Positions 23,875 to 36,400 of a stretch of 64,000 bases of DNA are shown here, in pieces. Each line of letters begins with the position of its first letter. Position 1 is the first letter of the stretch. The DNA lies in assembly GCF_040938485.1 (NCBI RefSeq), contig NW_027272096.1, positions 248,001 through 312,000 on the forward strand. The letters are read 5' to 3'. The DNA comes from Diadema antillarum. Its lineage: Eukaryota. Below the pieces are notes generated by a model that saw only the letters and a list, made by a program, of their open reading frames with translations, was not told the origin of the DNA and did not search any database. Both the position numbers and the translations under genes were made by a program.

Positions 23875-26823
23875 CGTCAGGAAGAAAGTGCGATTTTTCC
23901 AAAATCATCCCACATGATGATCTGCTTGCAAAACTAGTCTTTCAAGCATTAATTAGATATCACAGAAAAGGTCAAATTATACAACTGCGGTGTAAGTCAT
24001 GTTGTTAAAATTTTTACACGCTTAAGGTACTACAAATGATGAAAAGTAAAACGGAGTCTCAGTTTTGCAATTTGAAGGCTTTGAACCTCATCCTACGAGA
24101 ATCATCCTATTCGAAAATCGGAATGACCAAAGTGTAAGAGCGTACTCCCATAATGAAAGTTGATCTGATTTGCAAACTGATATCATAGCGTGGAACCACT
24201 CACAGTCTATTGCAACTGACTAATTGCCAATCCAACTAAATTAACAACTTTCGCTTGATCAACATACGTGGAAACAGGGACCAACTCTCTGCCGTTGGAA
24301 AGTTTCGGATATAGTCAGAAATAATTGTGTCCGCCGTAAGCTTTTATTTTGGTTTTATTCTTCACATTTTCCGAACATCAGTAACTGTCGTCGAAACCAC
24401 GACTGCAGTGAGGACTCCTGTTCCTACCACAACGCAAGCACCTGAGACAACTAAGACAGAGTTGTTGACCACTACGAAGACCATCACCACATCGGGCACT
24501 ACCCGCACCGTGGAGACAACAACAGTACCTACTGTTCCAGGTTGATACAGCCTTACCATTTTTCAATATCCACATTTTTTTTTCCTGAATGTTTTTAGCA
24601 GACATCCCAGCCATTCTAAATTTGGAGAAAAGAGTCAAAATTTTGACCATTTCCAGGTCTTGTTTCATAGCATTTTCCTTTTTCTTCTTGGTCATTTCAC
24701 TACACACTCTTATGGTAACTGGGTTCTCTCTTTCCTACCATAAAAGCAACCCTGTTTTTCAGTCAGAAACGTTGGGAGGTCTGTGTTAGGCTATTATAGG
24801 CTACGTTAGGCTATGTCGACAGTATAAGTACTATACCCGTGATGTCAAAGTCGCAGACGAATGAACTTGTGGCTTCATTCGCTTTCGGAATAATTAATTT
24901 CATTCCTGCCTTTCATAACGTCTCTCTAGTGTTTCCATTTTCTCTGCTTCGCATAGATGCGTACGAAGTCAGTGCATCTAGTCAATATGGCACTGAACGA
25001 CGCTTCGGACAGAATATTAATCTTTTCTCCTTTCATTCTAATATTCATTTGTGATGTTAGCTACTACTACTGCAGCGCCATCGAGTGAAATTTACACCGA
25101 GAGGACCACCATAGTGACAACGCCAATCACGGGTAAATTTCATCTTAGTTTCGTGACGACCAACTGCGTGTTGGCGTCATGATTCCGTTTTATGAAATGA
25201 ATCCTATTATGAAAAGCTGACTTCTTCATAGTTAACTACTTACTTGGTTGCTCAATCATTTATCAATTAACTTGCCGAAGCATTTAAGAAGGAAACTCTC
25301 TCCACTTTGACGTGCTTTGCTTGAGTGAAACAGAACGCATTATTTCATAACATGTTACAATAACATGTATCACGCTTTTTAACATTAGTTGAATTTATGA
25401 GTATATTTGTTTGTGTATACATGACACATACACTTCTCGAATGCTTCATAATGTCTGGACTTCATAGCTTTCTTCATTAACGATGAACCAATCTAAACCA
25501 GTTTTTTTGTCCATTTCTTCCTAGAATGTGAAATCGATGGCACTGTTCTTCAGGTACGTAAGATCCCGTCGATCCAAATATATCGCATGCCCACAATGCG
25601 AGTAAGAAACACGTGTTACGCGTAATTATATCACATGAGGCTACACTTAAAATATTAAAATAAATCATAAGAATCTGTATGTATCAATAAAGACATGCAC
25701 AGGGACGGAGCGGGAGGAAATACTCCGAGGTAGGGTCATAAATATATCACTTTCTGGAAATGGAGACATCAGCTCATAAAATCACGGATATGCATTATTT
25801 TCCCCGTGATCTTCATACAGCAAAACGTGACAAAAATCAAGTATGCCTAATCATTGTATTGCCGCCATACTGTGAATGCACCGTCCCCTCTTTCGTATCT
25901 CGTTCGATCGTGTCTGAAACGTTTCTCATCGGCTACTCATGCAGACGAACGAGTCGCTGCAGGATCCTAATGACAACTGCACAGTTTTCCGATGCTTGGA
26001 CAATGGGTTATTCAGCAGGACAGACTATGTATGTGAGATGCCGTGTAAGGTAAGTTTGTTTGTTTGTTTGTTCATTTAAAAAAAGTAAATCATATAAAAA
26101 TTAAACAATGTTGAACATGACATAATTGAAACAACAATCAAGGTTGAAGTATCAGAACACAATGCAAACATTGGACATTTGACGATGATGATGGTAGCAT
26201 GTGTCAACGTACGGTTGATAGCTGCATCTTTAATGTACTGACCAGTCTGAAAATGCCTTGACAGCATACAATCAAATCATGAGGTCATGGCACTGTAGCC
26301 TAACTGGAGGTCTTGCTGTCTTTAGGTGTGTTTAAAGCTTACATGTTTGTGAGTCACTGAACAAGGATGCGTGTGATAGTTTAGCTTTAGCTTTAACTTT
26401 AGCTTTTCTCTCTCTCTCTCATCAGACGACCTACCCTCCGGGATGCTGTGACGGATGTTGTAAGCGCACCACAATCCATATTTCTTTATATCTCATTATT
26501 ACGTGATTATTAATCTTACACGTAAACTTAAATAGGCCATAATTTGTAAACTGGTTGACCCATGCACGTCTGGCGTTCAATGTAACACATTCTCGCACAC
26601 AGTCATTTCTATGCCCATGACTTCGGAAATTCCTATCATACGCGAATGATATGTGTATATAAGCTTGTGTTAGGGTAATCCAAAAGCCTCCACCCAGAAT
26701 CGTATTTTCGCTCATACTCTTTATACTGATGGTAACAACGTATTACCAGGGAACAGAAACTGGATATGATGATAATAACAGTAATGATCATATAATCATA
26801 TTTATATTTGACACCTTCAAGCT

Positions 26824-26864
<41 letters not shown>

Positions 26865-28002
26865 GCTACATATAACGTATCCTGTACGAAGAGACAAAGG
26901 TGAATGAACCTCTGTATGTAATTGATATTAAAAAATCACCCAAGGATTTAGAAAAATTTGAACGAATACATATATATTTATATATTAATATGTATATGTA
27001 CATGTACATGTGTATACACTTTATAACATGTTGTTTTTTGATTTTCAAAATGCCGTTTTTTTCTCTTTTTCTTGTGTCATGCATCGGCTTTTACAGCAAG
27101 TAGTAAGTACTTTTTTGTATTGCTTTACGAGTTATTCTTAATTACGTGATTCCTCCCATCACCCCATTATACATGTCCATTATAACTCCCATATTTACTG
27201 TTTAACATATCAGGACAAGTGAACAGGGTGGATTTAGAATGGTCATGAAGAATTTAAAAAAAAACGGAAGGAACACTGCAATTTCTGGCAACTCATAGGA
27301 AATTCTTAAAGTGAAAGGACAAGTCAACCTTCAGAGACAAGTGGGTTGAGTGAATGCAGCAAAATTAGTAGAACACATCAGTGAAAGTTTGGGGAAAATC
27401 CGACAATCCGTTCAGAAGCTATGAATTTTTGGAGTTTCTGCTCAGTCACGACAGGATGAGAAGACTACTATGGAGCGTGATGTCACATGCGTACATCGAT
27501 ATAAAGAAAGTATAAAGAAAATTCAACATATTCTCATTTTTCTCTCATAACAAAAGAACACTCAGCTTCTCTCTTTCAGAAGGCAGAGGGAATGACATTA
27601 CATTACGGAGACATAATATGCACTTTATTCAAAAAGTAAAGTTGTGTGAAATTCTCTTTTTATTTTCCTTATATCGTTGTACGCATGTGACATCATACAC
27701 TGTAGTAGTCTTCTCATCCAGCAGTGATTGCGCAGATACTTTAAGAATTCAAAACTTTTTAACAGATTGTCGGATTTTTCCCAAACTTTCACTGATGTGT
27801 TCCACTAATATTGTTGCATTCACTAAATCCACATGTATATGAATGTGACTTATCCTTTAAGTAGATGGTGAAAAGAAGAGACACAGGTAAATTTCCTCCT
27901 GTATCTAGTGAAAGTAACCAGAGTTATGAAGCTGCAGTGTCCAGTTGAAAATGATGCGAACCTTGACCCCGCTGTTCAATGAGTAGGGAGTGAGACGTTA
28001 GC

Positions 28003-28044
<42 letters not shown>

Positions 28045-30454
28045 ATAGATTAATTCATAAACAATATATGATTATTCTAGAAAATTTCAGGAAGATTACA
28101 ATAACTTCCTTATTTACAAATACAAGATGGGCATAATCAATATAATTCTGGTGGGGAAGAAATTAAAGAAATATTTTTAAGAATAAGACGTAGAGTAATT
28201 TGTGGTAAGTATAGGGAATTTCAATATAAGTCACTACAAGGTTACCTTACGTACTCCCTTATATATTTGGATTTGCAGCTAAAGTCATGTTCTTTTTGTT
28301 AAAAAAAAAGAGGAGGAGACGTATCCACATATATTTCTGTTTTGTAAACAAGTTCAAAGAACTTGGCAAGAAATGATAGATTTGATTTGAGGGAGATAGA
28401 AATTATTGACTAGAATTTGATTTGTATGGGAATTCAAGGAAACTCTCTAAAATCAAAATGTGCGATACCATTATTTTAATTATAAAATAAATCATATATT
28501 TTTCCGCATCAAAAGGAGTGCTTCCTTGAGCGAATGAAATTCTAATGATTATAAATTATAAAGATCAGGAAAAGGAATTGGTTATTAAAATTTCTAAAAT
28601 AAGGTTACATTTATTGAATGGGAAAGAGTTATATATTTAGGGAATGTAAGTGTAGTATTTTAATTTCATTGAACCTTTTTTATCATTGTGTTAGGCAGTT
28701 TGTAAGATGTAATATTGTTTGGGTTTTTGTTGTTGTTTACTTTTTTTCTACCTTCCTACACACCCATAACTAATGCTTCCCTGGTAGTATCAGAACTGTC
28801 ATTTTGGGATTTATATATTTGAATGACTCACTGAGTGAGAATGTGAGCGCGTTCACTGTACATGGGGTTGGTTGAGGATGGGTGCCTTTTTCCCTTCTGT
28901 ATGATGTGTTTGTTCCTTTCCCTTTAGTTTTTCTTTATCCATTTTTTGCATACAAAATTCTTTGTGTTCCATTCGTAACATTGATAATGTAGAATTTATG
29001 TTGTCATAATGATATTTGTATCATTTTGTAATTAACTAATTTGTAAGAAAGAAAGGAAGAAAAATAAAAGATTGTCAAAGAAAAAAAATATATATAATAA
29101 CATTCTGTTTCCGACTTTTTGGACAGCATGAGAATAAGTCTTCACGTCTCTCTCTGTTTTTGTTTGTTTTTTTTATCAGCTACGACAGTCAAAGGTCCAT
29201 CAATAGATGGTGAGTGTATTTCTTTAACGCGCAACAAATACAGAGTGAATTGTTGGGCTAAACGCACTTGGAATGTGTTTTACTACAAACACTGTGATCA
29301 ACTTTTTTTTTTTAATCTGCGCTATAACAATTTCGTTCATACTATCCACAATCCGCCATTGTATTATGCTGTATAATCCGTTTTCCCAGCATTATTACAA
29401 CGTTTCTTCCTGCAGGGCTTATGATCAGGCAAATTTTCAAGTGAATTTACTTTTGTAATTCGCTTTTGTTGATCAAATGACAGGATCAAATCTGTACAAT
29501 GCATCTGTTGCTGTGGTCGTATCAACCTACACTGTGCATGTACTTTCGAGCGTGAGATACGCGTTGCCTGGCTTTATAGTTTATAGTGTTGCGCGTGCTA
29601 ACTATACAGTGTGTAAGTCGACTTTAGTTCATTAATGTGTTTGTCTGGTGATTCTAAGACATTGCTGTATAACGATTTGCACAGGTTTATCAAAACGCAA
29701 TACTTTATAAACCAATTAAAGCAATTGCTTCGATATCGTTAAATGTGAACTTTACATGGAATTGTAATGATGTGGCTTCATTTACACTTCAGGACATTGA
29801 TATTCCTAAACTACGTTGTATTCTTTATAATCAAATATAAGAATTATATTTTCTGGCTCTTTCTTCTTTCAGGGTGCACTTACGGAGGCGTGACATATCA
29901 GGTAAGCCTCACTGATGATGTGGACATCGTTTGTTTGATTTACTGTTTTGAATTGATAAATTTACGTTTTTAAAGTTGCGTTAGCATCCCCTTGTGCCTA
30001 TGAAAGTAAACTGACATTTATCACGTTTTATCAGTAAATCATTATAAGATAATGAGACAAATTGCAGAAATCACAATTTCCAAGTCACTGTTTGAGCCCA
30101 AACTTAGGAATTATCTAGGAGAAGAATTTGCTCTTTTAGGAAAATAATATAAAGACCAAAGATTGACTAGATTGACCAAATATCACCTTTTTTGAGTCCT
30201 CATGTAAAAACTGGGTATGCGGGGGTTTTTTTTATTAGTTTTGTGATGCATGGTTAGGATATCAATTATAATGTGTACGTGTGTGTATGTGCTGCGTCAG
30301 GTTGGCTCAACGATCTATAACATCCGAAAGCAAGTTCCCTGTTACGTCGTGATCTGCGGAAAATCAGGAAGGCCAGAATGGGTGCCCGAAGTTTACAACT
30401 GCTCAGAGCAATGTGATGTGAGTACCAATGTAAAAACATCCCCGGGTACAGGAT

Positions 30455-30485
<31 letters not shown>

Positions 30486-33400
30486 CACATCATTCGTTCA
30501 TAATGATGTGTTACAGTAAGTACGTTGTAATCACAATGTACAATGAAACCTGTTCATAGCGGCCACCCGAGTGAGACGAAAAGTGTGCCCTCTATGACAG
30601 GTTCTTTCACGTGGCTTGTCTCTCGGAGGGAATTTCTTTAGTGGCCGTATACCTGCAGTTGACCGCTGTAGAAAGGTGGTCGCGAAGGCAGGTTTGACTG
30701 TATTCCTATCAAAATAAAAGATAGAGAGAGGAGGTTAACAGATAGAAACATATTTATATTCAGACTACAACAGGCATTTAGTTGTCTATAGGCAGACTAT
30801 TATCGCCCATCCGGCTGTGACGGTTTAATGACTTCTACCTACTTTCCCGCACATGTCCTTGCCTGTTATTCTCGTTACCTTAACGAGTTAACCTTAACTA
30901 CTCGCTTGTGGTGCTAATATTTGAATAATCTACAAACGATACTGCCTATTACGTAGGGGATACCAGAAGCAAGTCATCGCGAATTGTTTGCTATTTTCTC
31001 TGATGTCCTCTTTTGCTGGCTTCACGTTTTGAATTCAATGCGTCTCTTCTGAAATTTAGAGAAGTTCTATGCTTTCCAACGATTCCCCTCTTTCTGTGAT
31101 ACCATCATCTACTCGTATTGTAAACCAAGCAACGTGTAGTCATTGATTCTTATTGCAAACAATGCAATCACCGGGATATTATTGTACGTGTTAAACAATA
31201 ATAATGATATTCATTATAAAGATCATGAGGATAATGATGCCAATAAAAAAAAAAATATGATAACTGTTTTTTTTTTTTTTACCTACGACTTTTGGCCATA
31301 AAGAATTAATGAAGATAATGGATATGAAAGCAAAATTCAAGATGATGGGACCATTGATAAGTACTCCAAACCACAAAATGAAAAAAAAAAATTATGCGTC
31401 ATAAGCGTTATATTAGATGGTTCCTGAATGGAGCATGATGAAGTCACTTGCATCAATCACATGGGGATAGTGTTTCAAATATCAAAAGTAGCATTAAGCT
31501 ATGATACACTTCATGCTTTCTTATGTTCAATGTGTAGGACGACGTTTCTTACCCGAGTGGCTGCTGTGACGAATGCAGTGAGTACCGTTCAAACCCCATC
31601 CTCCTTCCCCTCTTCCTGTGGAGTGTGCAAAAGCAGTAATTGTCAATTGTAATCAGAAAGCAGAGTACATCAAGTAAATATATTGTACACACGATGAGAG
31701 AGATGTGACATCAAATAAAGCTGAAGTTGATTGTGTCATGTTTTAGCCTTTACCCCGGGCTAATCAAACTTTGGCTCCATATTCAAGGAACAGTAACAAC
31801 AGCAATTGATAATGCTGAAGCGTAACGTATATCTAAGTAAGGCAGTGTTGTATATTTCAGACAAGGGCTCCATCACCCAATTGTGGTTGCTATTAGGAGA
31901 AATTATACTGTATATCACGGGCAAGATTATTTCAAGGACATAGAGAATGCCCAGTACGTCGGTGCATCAACTCTTTGTTTCGTTAAAGCTTTGTGCATAT
32001 CTGTCAGATCTGCTTGTTTCGAAACTGTGAATGAAGGCGACATCGACATCGGGTTCTTTTTTTTTTTTTTTTTTTTTTGTTATGATTTTTTTTTTTTTTA
32101 ATCCGACAGAAACCCAGGAAACTACAACCGTAAGCACGACCACTGGTGTAGCAACAACACAGAGTAGCGAAGGTAAGACTATATTATCACGATTATATTT
32201 GATTAGCACCTTTTAGACGACACATACCGTCGTGATAGCTAAGTAAATGAAAGGTAAAGATAAGTTGTGAACAGTATCCGCAAGATTCAAAAGTCAAGCA
32301 AAAGTACAGAATATGAAAATGTAGCCATAAGCGTGTCGCTTTCATATTGTGCAACTTCAGATCTGTGATGCTACTGCTACGACGCGCCTATTAGACCATG
32401 AGATGCCTTAGACAGCTGTTGTCAAAAGAATTGTAAAGGGGAATTCCCATGCAGTTAAAAGTTAGTTTTGAATACTTTACAAGTTTCTTAGTAGGACAAT
32501 TAATATTTGATTAAATTCGGATAAAAAAGTAAGAAAGCTATGTCAGTTTCGCTGACAAATACATTTTGTTCAATATCACTCTCTGTGTAAGTCGTTTCCT
32601 CGCTACAAATGGTGTTGGGTTTTTTTTTTTTCAAGTGTGTAGCCGTAATTCGAGTATGAATTTTCCTTTGCCATTGAGACTTTTCTACTTAACTAATTGT
32701 TCTAACCGACAAGATAACGAGTCATTTTAATCTCAGACCGAGAGGATATCAAATTTGTCAAGTCTTCGGATGCACTACATCGAATTCGCCAGCGATTGTT
32801 CATGTTCATGTTTTTATAAGAACTGAGAGCGAAACGCACAACAAGCTTATGCTTTCGGTACATTTCTTTCATGTACCGTTTTGTGTGTCTTTCTTTTTAT
32901 CACATACAATAGAGGCTATGCTTTCTAGACAATAGAATAGGAAGAAATAGTTTATTATCATTCAAGAAAAGATGGAGTCAATGAATAAGGACACTTTTCT
33001 ACCTCTGCCATGTGGAGATGACTTTCTAACCGATTTATAAATGTGTGTATATCTCTTCATATTATCCACATATTACAGAAAAAACAACATCGGGACTGCC
33101 AGGTAAATTTCATAGCTTTCATTTTCTTGTTCTTGCCCTAAGACTTCATATCCTTCTTAATGTGTCGTAATATGAAAAGAATCGCTGCTTTACCACTAAT
33201 AAGGATCGTTCGCCAGAACTTTTTTTTCTCTCTCCCCCCCCCCCCCCCCCCCCCCCCCCCCACCTGTGCATTGTGATTGCTTATACCCCGTTTACAGTGC
33301 GGGGCTGGACCGAGTCGGGCCGGGCGAGCACGGCCTCAATTATCACGGTACTCGGCCGCGCAATTCTGTTTGATTTACAGTGGAGGGCTCAGCCCGGGCT

Positions 33401-36400
33401 TTTAATAAAACTTTTAATATTTGTCATAGTGGCGCTCTGCTTGTACACAAACGATTATTTGGTACCGCATTATGCCCAGTTTCCTTTTACAGAGAGAAAA
33501 GGCCAGACTGCTTCCAGACCTTGGCCAAATGCGCGGCCATATGTTGAACCGCATTTGGCCATTTTTAAGGGTTTCCAGCGAAAGGAAGGCCAGGCTGAGC
33601 CCGATCTTTTCACTCACTGTAAACGGGGCCTAGGTTAATATGCTGGAGAGGCGTGTTACTTACTGCACATTATCTCATTGATAATTAAACAGAATTCACC
33701 ACGACCAAGACACGAACAGAAGCAACAACCAGACCGGGAACCGAAAGAGCAACAACTGTCATTGAACAAACTACTGCAACTCCTGAATCAACAACTACAA
33801 CTCAGACAACTGTTACATCAACCACTAGTGCAAGGCAGGAATCTACAACGCCAGGTACTTTTTTACTTGCGTTTTTCTAGGACTCCTGTCCCCAGATTCG
33901 AAACCGGAAGGATTTCATTTATTACTAGAGGACAGTTGGACAATTTTTCGCGTTAACGTAACCTGATCTTCCTCTACATTCTGCCTAAATGTATTCAGGA
34001 AGCAAGTCAGTTTCCTACACTGAACAAATGACTGAATACAAATGGTACTATCTCTGAATAAGTTGCACGTGTCATGTTTGCTGAACAAATGTACGCTTCA
34101 TACTCGTCGTCATCGAGGTTATACCTATCTACATTCAACTTTCCAACTTTACCAGGTGCTTGTAGGGAACCACTGGATGGTGTGGATCTTTATACTAATT
34201 TGCAAGTTTTACTGGATAACGAACGTGTTACTGTTCACGCTAATAGCGAATCACCTAAAAAGACAGATTTTGACAATCACAATAGGTGATACGCTGATAC
34301 CGTATCACCTATAGCGTACACATTCTGCAACGTGCGTTTCTCACCTTGGATTTCCGATTCATTTTTGTTTCATTAATCAGCAACGGGCATGGAAACAACA
34401 GTAGTTACAACCGTTGTAACTACAACAGTACCTACCACCACGTCGAAACCCACAACAGTCACTGAAGCTACCACCACAGCTGTTACCACAACAACTCCGA
34501 TGGGTACTACTAGGATGGAGGAGACCACAACTCTTTCTACTACTACTACTCCTGCTCAGACTACAGCAATGGGTAAAGCCTTGTTCTTTTTTTTTTCTCT
34601 CTCTCTCTGGCAAATGAAATTTCTTTATAAATTAATATCGTAAGTTAACACTTCCCTTCTATCCCAATTTAAGGCATGGAATTTAGTTGAGAATAATGTT
34701 CTAAATTGACTACTGGTGGCACTTTAAGACTTAGGAGATTGTCATCGCTACAATACAATACATTGTTATGTATCCCCAAAACAACATTTGCACCAACAAC
34801 TAAAGTAGTAGTAGTGGAGACAACTGCTACTCAGTCGACCATCACATATACCACTTGAGCAACTGAGCAACCAACAACAGCACCAGGTAATTTCCATTCC
34901 ATTCTAATATGATTCATGTCCCATTAAACATCAACGGTAGTGGAACGCTATGGTATGGCCAAAATATTTTACCCAATAACTGAGACGAACGATTGACCAT
35001 TCTTTTCAGAATGCTACGAGCCACAAGAGCCATTGCAAGAAGTCACTACCTTGACATACGAAGCCAGTTTCAGTCAGCCTACTACTATCAGAGGAATAAA
35101 ACTACCTGCCAGCAGCTTCCCTACAATGACTACAGTAGTATTCAGGATCAAGCGCGCCGAAGGAGATGAATGGATTATTGTTCCTGCACAGAGCACAGAA
35201 TCAGGATCTGGTGACTTCTCCGGTTCAGGATCGGGAGAGTCAGAGAATCAGGTAAATCCTAAATAGACAAGTATTCCCTTGTTCTACACAAAACATACAT
35301 TACCACTTCTTGTATTAATACGTTATAAATGAAATGGGCGGTATTTCGCCTGTATCTTCTATTAACCCTTTATGTGTTTTGAGTGTTGATTTGCACGTAC
35401 AACCCTAAAGCATTGTTTACGATATCCAACAACAGTGGATGATGATAGAGAAAGGCTTCACAATATCATCTATCTTCAATCTTCAGTGTACCAGTCCTAC
35501 ATGTAAAATTTCTACAGTTCATCTACTCTGATTCCTCATACTAATACTTTTTATCTTTCTTAGAAAAGCATAATTATGTGACCCCTTTATTGTAGTCGTA
35601 TTTCAAACATATTTGATTTTCCAGATTGACATTTGCATTTTCTGAACGTTGTTTGGTCCAGATATCAAATAGAAAAGTTGTACTAATGCACTGATTAATT
35701 TCGTTGTATTCTTCATAGGGAGAAGTGACGTTTTCTTTGAGTGACTCTGCTCCAACTAACCTCTGGCTTCCATCCGAATTGGGGCCTGTGCGAGCTATCG
35801 AAGCAAGCTTTGGAGATGCACTTAATCTGGGAAATGAAATCGATGTCTACGGCTGTCAGGGTAGGTGCACTTAAACCGACTTATTCACAAACAGCACTCT
35901 TGTGTGGAAAAGTTCTTTTCAGTTCAAACCGAAAAATCTCGTTCACGAATAGAATTCAATCAGTTCTATCTAACGTGTCTGTCGCGATCCCCTTAGATGT
36001 TCTTATTACGCAGAAAAGGTATATACTAAGATTTATTTCTAATCATTTGATTCTTTCTCCATTTATAGATTATAAGACATATTGTATTCCCTCCGTGCTC
36101 TATGAACTGTATAATCAGTGAACTTACAGCATTATAAGTTGTTAGCTATTCCAATATCAATTCCCTTAAAACTGAGAGCATTTTCAGTTGTTAGCTATGG
36201 CCAGATCAATTTCATTAAAAAGGTTCCTATGGATTTATTTTCCCCTTTGTTTGTATATTACCGCAGGACCCACTCTGGCTCCAACCACGAGAGGTACCTC
36301 TCCCCCAGGTAATACATTCCATTTTTATAAAAATATTAGGTTTCCTCGGTTTGGTCAAATACCTTGAAACATTAAATAAGTAAAAAAAACAATATCTCTT

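Noticed and set aside
34856-34858. In-frame TGA read as selenocysteine
   Set aside because: It aligns to TCA (Ser) in a low-complexity linker, there is an in-frame TAG upstream of the relic, and no SECIS is evident; a point mutation is simpler.
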